DNA of 64,000 nt. Origin: Halarcobacter sp. (GTDB taxonomy: Bacteria; Campylobacterota; Campylobacteria; Campylobacterales; Arcobacteraceae). The notes under the pieces are model-generated. The model ran no database searches. It was not told the origin of the DNA and saw only the letters and a program-made list of their open reading frames with translations. The first letter of the stretch is position 1. The number at the start of each line of letters is the position of its first letter. The position numbers and the translations under genes were made by a program. Below are positions 1 to 10,600 of the stretch, in pieces. The DNA lies in NCBI GenBank assembly GCA_048571215.1, contig CP182352.1:2880001-2944000 (forward strand), written 5' to 3'.

Positions 1-2111
1 AAAGCAAAATGTCCATCACTATCAGCTATCAAATCATACTCTTTTAATTGTTCCGATTTAAAGTTATCGAGTTTTGCCCTTGTAACCTCAATATTTTTAT
101 ACTCTATATAATCAGGAGACCAAGCAGGAAGTAGAACTTTTAACTTTTTGTCTGTTGTATTATCTAAAAGCCATAAAACAACTAAAAGTAATTTATAATC
201 ATAAATCAACTCACCCTCATCATCAATAACTTGAAGTTTATGTCCATTTGGATAAATCAAAAATCCACAATTAAGATTCATACATCTTACAATATTTTTC
301 ATATCTTGTTGAGTTTTGACTATATCATTTGGTTTTATATGTTCACTTTGATGAGCATTTAAAATGATATTATCAACTGCTAATTTATTTATAATAACAG
401 GATATATTTCAGAGGTTGAACCATTCATAATATCAATTGCGACCTTTATATCACAATTGATAAATGGTTTTTTATCAAAAGAGCTAAGAATTTGTTCTAT
501 ATACTTATCTTTCATCTCTAAATCATCATGAAGATCTCCAATCTCTGTATATTTTACTCTTCTAAAGTTTTCTCTAAAAAAGATTCTTTCTATAGATTGG
601 GATACTTTAGTATCTATTATCAACCCTTCACTTGTATAAAAGATTATCTCTGTTTGAGTTGGTTCAAAAATAGATTGTCTAAAGTGAACTCCTGCTGCAA
701 CATTATCATCTCTACTAAGTTCATGTCTCATTACATTTGAAGGTACATTTCCCGGATCGATTACATTAACCCCTGTTGATAATATACCACTTAAAAAAGC
801 TCTTTTTAACATAAAAGTAGATTTGTGATAATCCCTTGAGATATAAATATTACTTCCAACTGGTAAAATAGACCCAAAAGCTTCGGCTAGTTTTGTACTC
901 ATTTGGCAAGATAGTTCTATATTTGTTCTTCCAATAACTGCTCCATCTTCAAAAATCGAAGATTTGTATTTATTTCCCCAAACAATATTTGTACTAACAA
1001 CAGAAGATTCTTCTACAATCTTATCTGGCCAAATCACAATATCTTTTTCAAATGATACTTTTTTGTTTATCTCACACTCTTCTGCGATAATAACTCCAAA
1101 AGAGGCTTTAACTTCATCTCTTATAATGTTGTTATTACAAATCACACTATTATTTATCTTTGTTCTAGTACCAATTGATACATCATTCCAAATTACAGTA
1201 TCCGTTATTTCACTATGTTTTTTTACTTTTACATTATTTCCAATAGAACAATCTTTTAAGGTTACCCCTTCAGCAATTGAAACATTTTCACCTAAAACAA
1301 CAGTACCTGTTACTCTTATCTTTTCTGGAAGATTTAATTTACCTTCATGGAAAATCACTCCATTATCAACTTTTGTCTCTTTCCCTTTTATATTTAAAAT
1401 TATCTCTTTATTGAAAATATCTTTATATACATCTCTATAACTTTCAGGGTTTCCAACATCTCTCCAATAACCTTTTAGTGGGCATCCCCATAGGGCAATA
1501 TCTTCACTCATTAGTTTTGGAAATAAATCTTTTGCAAAATCAAAATTCTTTTTATATGGGATATATTCTAAGATTTCTGGTTCTATTATATATATACCTG
1601 TATTTATGGTATCACTAAAAACCTCTCCCCAACTTGGTTTTTCTAAAAATCTTTCGATTCTATCATCCTCATTTGCAATAACAACCCCAAATTGTAAAGG
1701 GTTTTCCACAGGAGTTAAAGTGATAGTTAGTTTTGATTTTTTCTTCTCATGAAACTTTTTAATCTCAGTTAAATTGAAATTAGTAACTAAATCTCCACTT
1801 ACTATTATAAAAGTATCATTTAAAAATTCCCTTGCAAAAGCAACAGCTCCAGCAGTTCCATAATCATCATCTGGTTGAAAATATGAAATTTTCACTCCAA
1901 GGTCTGAACCATCTTTAAAATAATCTTTTATAATATCAGGCTTAAAGTATAAAAGCACTGCAATCTCAGTGATTTTTAGTTCATCCCTCAATTTTAAAAT
2001 AATATGCTCCATCATTGGTCTATTTAAAATAGGCAACATAGGCTTAGGTATTGAGTTTGTTAATGGTTGTATTCTTGTTCCAAATCCACCAGCTAAAACA
2101 ATTGCTTTCAT
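1..2111 (-). CDS. Sugar-phosphate nucleotidyltransferase (mannose-1-phosphate guanylyltransferase-like) fused to a hexapeptide-repeat region and a phosphomutase-like domain; 3' end outside the window
   Basis: Not in the ORF track because it is truncated. Manual translation from ATG 2111: MKAIVLAGGFGTRIQPLTNSIPKPMLPILNRP (NTP-transferase signature), later GYWRDVGNPESY and ISRDYHKSTFMLKRAFLSGILSTGVNVID (PGM/PMM-like). Confidence 0.85.
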   Translation of the reverse strand, partial: MKAIVLAGGFGTRIQPLTNSIPKPMLPILNRPMMEHIILKLRDELKITEIAVLLYFKPDIIKDYFKDGSDLGVKISYFQPDDDYGTAGAVAFAREFLNDTFIIVSGDLVTNFNLTEIKKFHEKKKSKLTITLTPVENPLQFGVVIANEDDRIERFLEKPSWGEVFSDTINTGIYIIEPEILEYIPYKKNFDFAKDLFPKLMSEDIALWGCPLKGYWRDVGNPESYRDVYKDIFNKEIILNIKGKETKVDNGVIFHEGKLNLPEKIRVTGTVVLGENVSIAEGVTLKDCSIGNNVKVKKHSEITDTVIWNDVSIGTRTKINNSVICNNNIIRDEVKASFGVIIAEECEINKKVSFEKDIVIWPDKIVEESSVVSTNIVWGNKYKSSIFEDGAVIGRTNIELSCQMSTKLAEAFGSILPVGSNIYISRDYHKSTFMLKRAFLSGILSTGVNVIDPGNVPSNVMRHELSRDDNVAAGVHFRQSIFEPTQTEIIFYTSEGLIIDTKVSQSIERIFFRENFRRVKYTEIGDLHDDLEMKDKYIEQILSSFDKKPFINCDIKVAIDIMNGSTSEIYPVIINKLAVDNIILNAHQSEHIKPNDIVKTQQDMKNIVRCMNLNCGFLIYPNGHKLQVIDDEGELIYDYKLLLVVLWLLDNTTDKKLKVLLPAWSPDYIEYKNIEVTRAKLDNFKSEQLKEYDLIADSDGHFA

Positions 2112-2133
2112 CTTCTCCCTTTTTGTAGGTTTA

Positions 2134-3111
2134 TTAGTTAATTAATCTTTTTGCTAAATCTAATAACTCATTTTCTATTGTATATTTTTGTGAGTTTACA
2201 TACTCAATTGTTACAAAGTCAAAGGTACTATTTTTATAAACAATAACACTAGTACAAGTATCATCTTCTGCAAGTTTATCCACGGCATAAGTTACAAATC
2301 TTGATGCCATAAGTCTATCAAATACAGTTGGGTTTCCTCCCCTTTGAACATGTCCCAAAATAGTTGCCCTTGTTTCTATCCCTATATCATGTTCAAGCCA
2401 GCTAACAAGTTGATTTGTATTTGTACATTTATCATGATTGCAGCCTTCAGCTACCACACATACAATATACTTTCTACCATTTTCTAGCTCTTTTTTTAAT
2501 CTTTTTCCAATAACATCTAAATCATAATCAAGCTCAGGAATAATGCAAACCTCTGCCCCACAGGTGATTGCTGAAACCAAAGCTAAATAACCGCAGTCTC
2601 TTCCCATTGTTTCTATTACACAAGCTCTTTTAAATGATGATGAAGTATCCCTAACAGCATCTGTTGCCTGTCTTATAATGTTTAAAGCTGTATCAACACC
2701 TAAACAATAATCTGTTCCAAATATATCATTGTCAATAGTTGCAGGAACCCCTACAAAGTTAACTCCAAAATCTTTATGGAACTGATTTAATGCTCTAAAT
2801 GAACCATCTCCACCTAATATAACTATCTTATTTATATTATGTTTCTTTAGATTTTCAAAGGCTTGCTTTCTATACTCATACTCAAAAAATCTTTTTGACC
2901 TAGATGAACGGATCATAGTTCCACCTTCATGCATAATCCCTGCAACATCATCATATGTTGCGGGACTTATCAAATCATCTATAAGACCTTCTAATCCATC
3001 ATAAATTAAATATGGTTTAATACCTTTATGAAAGCAGTAATCAACAAACTGCTTTATGGCAGGGTTCATCCCTGCACAATCTCCACCAGAGGTCATTATT
3101 GCTATAGCCAT
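2134..3111 (-). CDS. pfkA: ATP-dependent 6-phosphofructokinase
   Basis: TSGGDCAGMN, GGDGS, TIDND, ETMGR and LGHVQRGG motifs. Confidence 0.95.
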   Translation of the reverse strand: MAIAIMTSGGDCAGMNPAIKQFVDYCFHKGIKPYLIYDGLEGLIDDLISPATYDDVAGIMHEGGTMIRSSRSKRFFEYEYRKQAFENLKKHNINKIVILGGDGSFRALNQFHKDFGVNFVGVPATIDNDIFGTDYCLGVDTALNIIRQATDAVRDTSSSFKRACVIETMGRDCGYLALVSAITCGAEVCIIPELDYDLDVIGKRLKKELENGRKYIVCVVAEGCNHDKCTNTNQLVSWLEHDIGIETRATILGHVQRGGNPTVFDRLMASRFVTYAVDKLAEDDTCTSVIVYKNSTFDFVTIEYVNSQKYTIENELLDLAKRLIN

Positions 3112-3126
3112 AAACTAAAACCTTTT

Positions 3127-4122
3127 TTAATATTCACCAACAAAAACTGTCATATCAACAAGTCTACTAGTATATCCCCACTCATTGTCATACCAAGCTA
3201 GAACTTTTACTGTTGTGTCATCAACAACAGAAGTCATATCTGGTACAAAAGTAGCTGAATATGCACTTCCTATAAAATCACTTGATACTCTTTTATCTTC
3301 ATCGATCTCAATAAGTCCATCAAATTCCGATTCACTAGCTAGTTTCATAGCAAGATTAACATCCTCTTTTGTAACTTTTTGTTTTAGGTTTACTGTTAAG
3401 TCTACAACTGAAACATCAGCAGTTGGAACTCTCATAGCATATCCATTAAGCTTACCTTTTAGGTGTGGAAGCACAAGTGCAATCGCTTTTGCAGCACCAG
3501 TTGTAGTTGGTATCATATTCATAGCAGCAGCTCTTGCTCTTCTTTTATCTTTTGCATGTTTTACATCTAAAATATTTTGATCATTTGTATATGAATGGAT
3601 TGTAGTCATAAGTCCATTTTCAATTCCAAACTTATCATCTAATACTTTACAAATAGGAGCTAAACAATTTGTTGTACAACTTGCATTTGAAATAATAGAT
3701 TCACCCTTATATTCATCTGTATTGATATTAAGAACAAAGGTTGGAGTATCATCTTTTGCAGGGGCACTCATAACAACTTTTTCAATACCACCTTTTAAAT
3801 AAGCTTGACATTTTTCCGTAGTTAAAAATGCTCCAGTACACTCAATAACTACAGTTGCACCTGTTGAACCAAAATCGATATTTTTTGGATCTCTATCACT
3901 AAAGATTTTTACATCACATCCATTTATGCTAATGGTATTTTCATCAATAATCTCTGCATCAACACCCATATGAACTGTATCATATCTTAATAGATAAATT
4001 AACATATCCAAGTCACAAGTTGTGTTCATTGCTACTAGTTCAATATCATTTCTAAGAGCAATAATTTTTGCTGCAATTAGACCAATTCTTCCTGTTCCAT
4101 TTATAGCTACTTTTAGAGACAT
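3127..4122 (-). CDS. gap: Type I glyceraldehyde-3-phosphate dehydrogenase
   Basis: INGTGRIG, SNASCTTNCLAP and WYDNEWGY motifs. Confidence 0.97.
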   Translation of the reverse strand: MSLKVAINGTGRIGLIAAKIIALRNDIELVAMNTTCDLDMLIYLLRYDTVHMGVDAEIIDENTISINGCDVKIFSDRDPKNIDFGSTGATVVIECTGAFLTTEKCQAYLKGGIEKVVMSAPAKDDTPTFVLNINTDEYKGESIISNASCTTNCLAPICKVLDDKFGIENGLMTTIHSYTNDQNILDVKHAKDKRRARAAAMNMIPTTTGAAKAIALVLPHLKGKLNGYAMRVPTADVSVVDLTVNLKQKVTKEDVNLAMKLASESEFDGLIEIDEDKRVSSDFIGSAYSATFVPDMTSVVDDTTVKVLAWYDNEWGYTSRLVDMTVFVGEY

Positions 4123-4287
4123 ATAAATTCCTTCTTTAATGTTTTATTTTATATATATTAAAATGATTTAGTTACATTTTAATTTCAAAAATATTGTAAT
4201 CAATTTGTAAATATATAAGATTATTATATCAGGATTTTCAAATAAGTTATATAATACATGATATAATTTTCAAAAAAGGATTTTTTT

Positions 4288-6288
4288 ATGAAGACCAGCC
4301 TTCTTTTCGGGATTCATTGTCATCAACCAATTGATAACTTCGATAGAGTAGTATATGAAATAATTGAAAAATCATATAAACCTTTTTTTAATATACTAAA
4401 ACTTTATCCTAAGTTTAAATGTTCAGTTCACTTTAGTGGTTGGCTTTTTGAGTTTATTGAAAAAAATGATACTGAACTATTTAATTTAATTAAAGAACTT
4501 TCGCCTCAAATTGAGTTTTTCACAGGGGGATACTATGAACCAATACTTGCTTCAATTCCAAGTAAAAGTAGAGTTGAACAGATAAACAAACTTTCAAGTT
4601 TTATTCAAAAGAATTTTAATCAAAAACCAAGAGGATTATGGCTTACGGAGAGAATTTGGGATGATTCTATTATTGATGATTTAAATCATTGTAATATTGA
4701 TTATGTAATTGTTGATGATTATCACCTAATAGCAGCAGGATTTGATAAAAATAGTCTAAAAGGTTATTTTATAACTGAAAATAGTAATAATAACTTGGCA
4801 CTATTTCCTATAAATAAAGATTTACGATATATTATCCCCTTTGCACCTATTAATGAAACTATGGAAAAACTAAATAGTTTTGCCAATGAAGATGGTAAAA
4901 ATGCTGCAATAATTTTTGATGATGGGGAAAAATTTGGAGTATGGCCTAAAACATATGAAAAAGTTTATGAAAAAGAGTGGCTAAAGAATTTTTTTCAAAA
5001 GTGTATTGATGATGAATCTATTGAGGTTTCAACTTTTAGTGAATATTACAATAAAAATAAAGCTTTGGGATTATCTTATCTTCCAACTGTTTCTTATCAT
5101 GAGATGGGGGAATGGTCTGCACTTCCAAGTATTTCAAAAGAGTATCATGAACTAGTTGAAAAAAATATGCAACATGAACACTTGATTCGTGGGGGAATCT
5201 GGAAAAACTTTTTTTTGAAATATGATGAAAGCAATTGGATACATAAACGATCTTTAGAGCTATCAAAAATGGAAAATCAAAATATCGCTTTTAAGGAGTC
5301 TTTGTATAAAACCCAATGCAATGATGTTTTATGGCATGGGGTATTTGGTGGTATTTACCTTCCAAATTTAAGAGATAATGCTTTTAAGTATATAATAAAT
5401 TGTGAAAATATTCTTTCCCAAGAAAGTGGTTACCAAAAAAAGGATATTAATTTTGATACTTATTTCGAATATAAATACTATACAAAAGAGTTGATAACTA
5501 TTATAGACACAAGAAAAGGTGCTCAAATAGTGGAGTTAGACTTAAGGGATTGTTGTTTTAACCTTCAAAATACTTTAACAAGATATCATGAAACATATCA
5601 TGATAAAATTGTAAAGATGACTGAAACAACAGATGAGATAAAAGAGCAAGAAGATGAGACCATAGAAACCATACATAATAGTGTCCTTAGTACAGATGAG
5701 GATATAGAACTTTATGTTGATTGGTATTCTAAAAAATCAGCAATAGATCATATTTGTGATAATAGTTTAAGTATAGATGCCTTTAAAACTTGTGGCTTTC
5801 AAGAGTATGGGGATTTTGCAAATCAAGAATTTGAACTAGTAGAATCAACAAATAATAAACTTGTTTTAAAAAGAGAAGGTGGAATATACAAAGATAGAAA
5901 ATATGATACCACTTTAGAAAAATCTTATGAATTTAATGGTAACCAAATTGATGCAGTTGTTTCTTTACAAACACAAGATGAAAGCCTACAAAAATATTTA
6001 TTGGAATGGAACTTACATTTTGAAGATTATAAAGCTTTAAATATAAATGGACATGATATTGAAGAGGATTTAATTTTAGAAAACTCAAGATTAACTATCA
6101 TGGATAGGAGTTTAGATAAAACAATAGAGTTTCAATTTGACCAATGTATGCAAATATATATATCAAAAGTTAAAAGTGTAAGTCAAAGTGAAGAGGGAGT
6201 GGATTATACAACCCAAGGTTTAGCCTTTGGTTTTATAGGTAAGTTCAGTGGTAAGTATGATTTAAAATATAGTATTAATATTATCTAA
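4288..6288 (+). CDS. GH57 alpha-amylase / 4-alpha-glucanotransferase
   Basis: HCHQP, GGYYEPIL, GLWLTERIW, FDDGEKFGVWP and WHGVFGGIY GH57 motifs. Confidence 0.88.
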   Translation: MKTSLLFGIHCHQPIDNFDRVVYEIIEKSYKPFFNILKLYPKFKCSVHFSGWLFEFIEKNDTELFNLIKELSPQIEFFTGGYYEPILASIPSKSRVEQINKLSSFIQKNFNQKPRGLWLTERIWDDSIIDDLNHCNIDYVIVDDYHLIAAGFDKNSLKGYFITENSNNNLALFPINKDLRYIIPFAPINETMEKLNSFANEDGKNAAIIFDDGEKFGVWPKTYEKVYEKEWLKNFFQKCIDDESIEVSTFSEYYNKNKALGLSYLPTVSYHEMGEWSALPSISKEYHELVEKNMQHEHLIRGGIWKNFFLKYDESNWIHKRSLELSKMENQNIAFKESLYKTQCNDVLWHGVFGGIYLPNLRDNAFKYIINCENILSQESGYQKKDINFDTYFEYKYYTKELITIIDTRKGAQIVELDLRDCCFNLQNTLTRYHETYHDKIVKMTETTDEIKEQEDETIETIHNSVLSTDEDIELYVDWYSKKSAIDHICDNSLSIDAFKTCGFQEYGDFANQEFELVESTNNKLVLKREGGIYKDRKYDTTLEKSYEFNGNQIDAVVSLQTQDESLQKYLLEWNLHFEDYKALNINGHDIEEDLILENSRLTIMDRSLDKTIEFQFDQCMQIYISKVKSVSQSEEGVDYTTQGLAFGFIGKFSGKYDLKYSINII

Positions 6289-6302
6289 TAAAGGAGACTT
6301 TT

Positions 6303-6656
6303 ATGAGAGTTTATGGAATAAAAAATTGTGCAAGTGTAAAAAAAGCCAAGGAGTTTTTTGATAAAAACAGTATTAACTATGAGTTTATTGATATAAATAA
6401 AAATTCAATAGATAGTTCTAAAGTAGAGTATTGGAAAAACTTTATATCACCTTTTTCAATGATAAATACAAGAAGTAAAAAGTATAAAGAGTTAGATATA
6501 AAAAATAAAAAACTTAGTGACAAAAAAGTAATTGAGCTTTTATCAAAAGAAAACTTATTATTAAAAAGACCAATTATAGAGCATGGACTAAATGGGGAAG
6601 AAAAGTTTACGATAGGGTTTGACCAGAATGAATATAACTCAATATTTTTGAAGTAG
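6303..6656 (+). CDS. ArsC/Spx/YffB family protein
   Basis: YGIKNCASVKKA ... LLKRPII pattern. Confidence 0.85.
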   Translation: MRVYGIKNCASVKKAKEFFDKNSINYEFIDINKNSIDSSKVEYWKNFISPFSMINTRSKKYKELDIKNKKLSDKKVIELLSKENLLLKRPIIEHGLNGEEKFTIGFDQNEYNSIFLK

Positions 6657-6674
6657 AAATACTTCAAAAATATT
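6641..6674. terminator. Probable bidirectional terminator between convergent genes
   Basis: Perfect 15-bp inverted repeat aatatttttgaagta-gaaa-tacttcaaaaatatt. Confidence 0.65.
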
Positions 6675-6680
6675 ATTCAT

Positions 6681-7610
6681 CTATTTTCTTATAATAAATT
6701 TTGCTCCATCTTTTATATTTTCTGCACCTATTACTATATGATTTTTTTGTGCTATTAATGAACTCATATATAAACCTATTCCTGATTCATTTGAATCTTT
6801 TATTGATACATTGGCTTTAAATATATCATCTAGAAGTTCCTCATCAATCCCTCCTGCATTATCACTTATTTCAACAATTTGTTCTTTTTTTTCTTCATAA
6901 GCTTTTATATTAATAACTCTATTACTAATATTATTTCTATTAAAAGCATCTTTTGAGTTGTTTATTATATTTAAAAGAATATGTTTAAACTCATTTTCTA
7001 TGGCATCAATCATAAAATCATTTGGAATATCAATTTTAATAGTAATTTTCTCTTTTATAAATTCATCTTTTATAAAAAGTAGTACCTTGTCAATCATATT
7101 TTTAATACTAAACTCTTTTTGCTCTTTGTTAGTTCTAAAAAAAGTTCTAAATTCAATTAGCGTAGTATTCATATGTTTTGTTACATTCTCTAATTTTTTT
7201 TGAAAATCTTCTATATATTGTTTGTCAACTTTTCCATTTTCAAAATCAAACTCCAATGAACTTAGGTGCATGTTTATTATACCAAGGGGTTGAGACCATT
7301 GATGAGCTATGGAGTCAATCATCTCTCCCATAGCCGCAAATCTCGATTGAGCTAAAAGCATTAACTCTTTTTCTTTTCTTTTTTTTATCTCTTCATCAAC
7401 TTTTTTTTCTAGATTATTTTTATACTCGTCTAACTGCTCATTGGCTTTTAGCAGTTGAAGTTGCATCTTATCACTTTGTTTAATTATCTTATCTAATCTT
7501 TGACTTTTTCTTTTATAATCATCTAATAATTCTAGTAAGCCATCTCTAAATTGATTATAATCCTTTTCTAAAAACTTTCCTATATAATGCGAATTGTCTT
7601 GATTTTTCAT
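6681..7610 (-). CDS. Cytoplasmic histidine kinase with a SiaD-like N-terminal coiled coil
   Basis: H-box SIAHQWSQP, N-box LNIINNSKDA, DNAGGI and GIGL. No TM segment. N-terminal RLDKIIKQSDKMQ. Confidence 0.85.
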   Translation of the reverse strand: MKNQDNSHYIGKFLEKDYNQFRDGLLELLDDYKRKSQRLDKIIKQSDKMQLQLLKANEQLDEYKNNLEKKVDEEIKKRKEKELMLLAQSRFAAMGEMIDSIAHQWSQPLGIINMHLSSLEFDFENGKVDKQYIEDFQKKLENVTKHMNTTLIEFRTFFRTNKEQKEFSIKNMIDKVLLFIKDEFIKEKITIKIDIPNDFMIDAIENEFKHILLNIINNSKDAFNRNNISNRVINIKAYEEKKEQIVEISDNAGGIDEELLDDIFKANVSIKDSNESGIGLYMSSLIAQKNHIVIGAENIKDGAKFIIRK

Positions 7611-10600
7611 ATTTTAAACCCTACAATAGTAATATCATCATTTCTTTCATAAGAACCTTGGTAGTCCATCATCTCATACAATAGAATCTCTTGTTGATCA
7701 GCAAATGGCAATTGGTAATTCTTTTTCATCAGTTCAAGAAATCTTCTTTTTCCAAAAGGGAACCCTTTTTTACCACCATTTTGATCTAAATAGCCATCAG
7801 TAGTGATATAAAACTGCATCCCCTCTTGCACTTTTAAGGTATGTTCTTTAAACTCATAATCTCTATTACTTTTTTTATATCCAATAGAATGACGGCTACC
7901 TTTTATTGTTTTAAATTCTCCATTATGTTCATAAAACAAAGGAACCTGCGCTCCTGCAAACTTAATAATACTATCTTTTTTATTATAATAAAGAACTGCC
8001 CCATCAAAACCAGCATTGGACATAGAGGTTTCATCATCTTGTTTTAAAAGGTGTTTCATACTTCTATTAAATATAGATAATACTTTTGAAGGACTTACCA
8101 CCTCCTCTTTATTTTTAATATTTGCATTAATTTGTCTCTCAATGGCTTTTACAAGCATTGTAACAAAGGCACCAGGAACTCCATGACCAGTACAATCTAT
8201 AACCATAAGAAGACATTCACCTTCCCTTAACTCTTCAAACAAATAGATATCACCCCCTACAATATCTTTTGGTTCCCAGATTGTTAAATAATCACTAAAA
8301 TACTCTTTTAGTATCTCATTTGAAGGTATTAAAGCATATTGAATTAAAGAAGCATACTCTATACTATCTTTTGTATGTTTATGTACTAGTCTTAGTTCCT
8401 CTTCAATATCTTTTTGTCTAGTAATATCAACAACCATGCCAATAAATGCATCTTCATCATTATAAGAGATTGGTTTAACAGAAAGTAATGCTATAAACTC
8501 TTTTCCACTATTGGTTCTAAATCTTTGTTCTAAGTTTTCAACATAACCTTGCTTTTTCATCTGTAAAAGAATTTCATCCTTTTGATTCAAAGTTGTATAC
8601 ACAGTCTCTATAGATTTTCCTATTAACTCAGATACAGGTATTTCATATTGTATTGAAGCATATTCATTAGCATAAAGAATAGTTCTATCTTTTTGTGATG
8701 TTATAAGTACAGGAAGCATGATATTAGATAAAATTGTTTCAATATTTTTTCTTATAAATTCAAGTTCAGTAATATCTGTAAAAACTGCAGATTTAATATC
8801 TCCATCTCCTATAGATAAAGAAGCTGCTGTAACACTAAAAATTTTATCCTCTCCATCTTTATTTATCATAACTTTATGGTAGTTACTTTTATTTTCTATA
8901 ATATAATCTATCCATTTTTTATCTTTTATATATTTTTGTAGATATGTATTTGTATCATCATTTTTAAATCTATCACTAATACATTTATACTCTTTTTTAT
9001 ATTCTTGAAGATCTTTTATATTAAAAAACTCTAAAAATTTTTTATTTGCACTTCTTATATTTTTCCCATCTGTTGTTATTACAATCTGCTCTTGGGAATC
9101 CAATAGTGTTTGAACAAAACTTTTTTGTTCTAATAATTCAAAAGTTCTCTCTTGAACTTTTAGCTCTAAGTTTTTACTTAAATCCTCTACAATTTTTCTA
9201 TTTGTAATATCTTGACTTATAGATTTATAGCCAATTATTTCATTGTGGGTATTATATTCTGCTTCAATTTTTGAATATAACCAATAATATTTGCCATCTT
9301 TACTTCTATTTTTAATCTCCCCTTCCCATTTTTTATTTTTATTTAATGAATCCCACAATTGTGTAAAAGTACTCTTTGAAGTATCAGAACTTTTTACAAT
9401 ACTAATAGGTTTCCCCACTAACTCTTTTTTTGTATATCCTGAAATATTACAAAAAGATTCACTAGGGTGAGTTGTTATACCTTTTAAGTCTGTTTGAACA
9501 AAGATTACATTTCTATCAAAAGAATCAACTAGTTTTTGTAATTGCTCTTTTTGTTTATTTATATCAAAAGTTTTTTTATTTACTAAACTTCTTAATTTTT
9601 TATTCCAATAAACAATTATAAAAATAATTATAAGTACCACAAAAAATATGGGTAATACATATGATAAGATCTTTTTGATAGAGAAACCAGTATTTTGTTC
9701 AACTTTTATCTGTACCCAGTCATTATAAATCTTTTCACGCTCTTTTTCTGTAATAGTATCAATCACTTTATTTACAATAGAATATAATTTATCAAGATTT
9801 TTATTTATTAGAAAATGGTGTTTGAAATCATTGCCTGTATCTCCTGCAATTTTGAGATTATCTTTACCTATTCTAGTCATATAATATATTGCCGGAGCCA
9901 TATGTCCTATAAAAACATCTGCTTTGCCATTTGATACATTTAATAAAGCTTCAAAAATATTATCAGTTTCAATAATTTTAACATTAGGATAAAACTGTTT
10001 TATATAGTTATAACTTGTATAATGTTTTGGAATAGAAAAAACTTTATCTTTTATATCTTCCATTAAAGAAACATAGTCCATCTTCTCATTTGTAACAATC
10101 ACCATAGGGAAACTTGCATACTCTTTGGAAACCAAACCTAGGGAAGTTTCCTCTTTTGTATTTCCAATTCCTGGTACTAAATCTATTTCACCTCTTTTAA
10201 ATTTTTCAAGAACCTCAGACCAAGAGTGTGAGGGAACAAATTTAAATTTAATACCTGTTGATTCTGATACTATATTTAAATAATCTCCCATAATACCAGT
10301 CATTGTATTATTTTCAATAATTGAAAGTGGACGCCAATTTATCTCACTATACTTTACAACTATTCTTTTATCAAGCCAATTATACTCCTCTTTAGTAAAT
10401 CTAATTTTTCTTCTTTCACTAAACCATTTTAATTTTATTTTATCGAGATCTTCAATTGAAACTTTTTTCATAGCTTTTTTTAGTATAGATTGCAAAATTG
10501 GAGCGTCATTTCTAACTGCAATATATAGATTTTCCATCTCAGGGTCATCTGCTTTTACATCAGAAGTGTATTTCAAACCTTTTATTACATTTTCATCCAT

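Noticed and set aside
528..1440. Plus-strand ORFs 528-740 and 964-1440
   Set aside because: Antisense shadows of the truncated minus-strand nucleotidyltransferase gene.
6303..6656. Arsenic resistance locus
   Set aside because: Lone ArsC/Spx-like protein without arsR, arsB or acr3.
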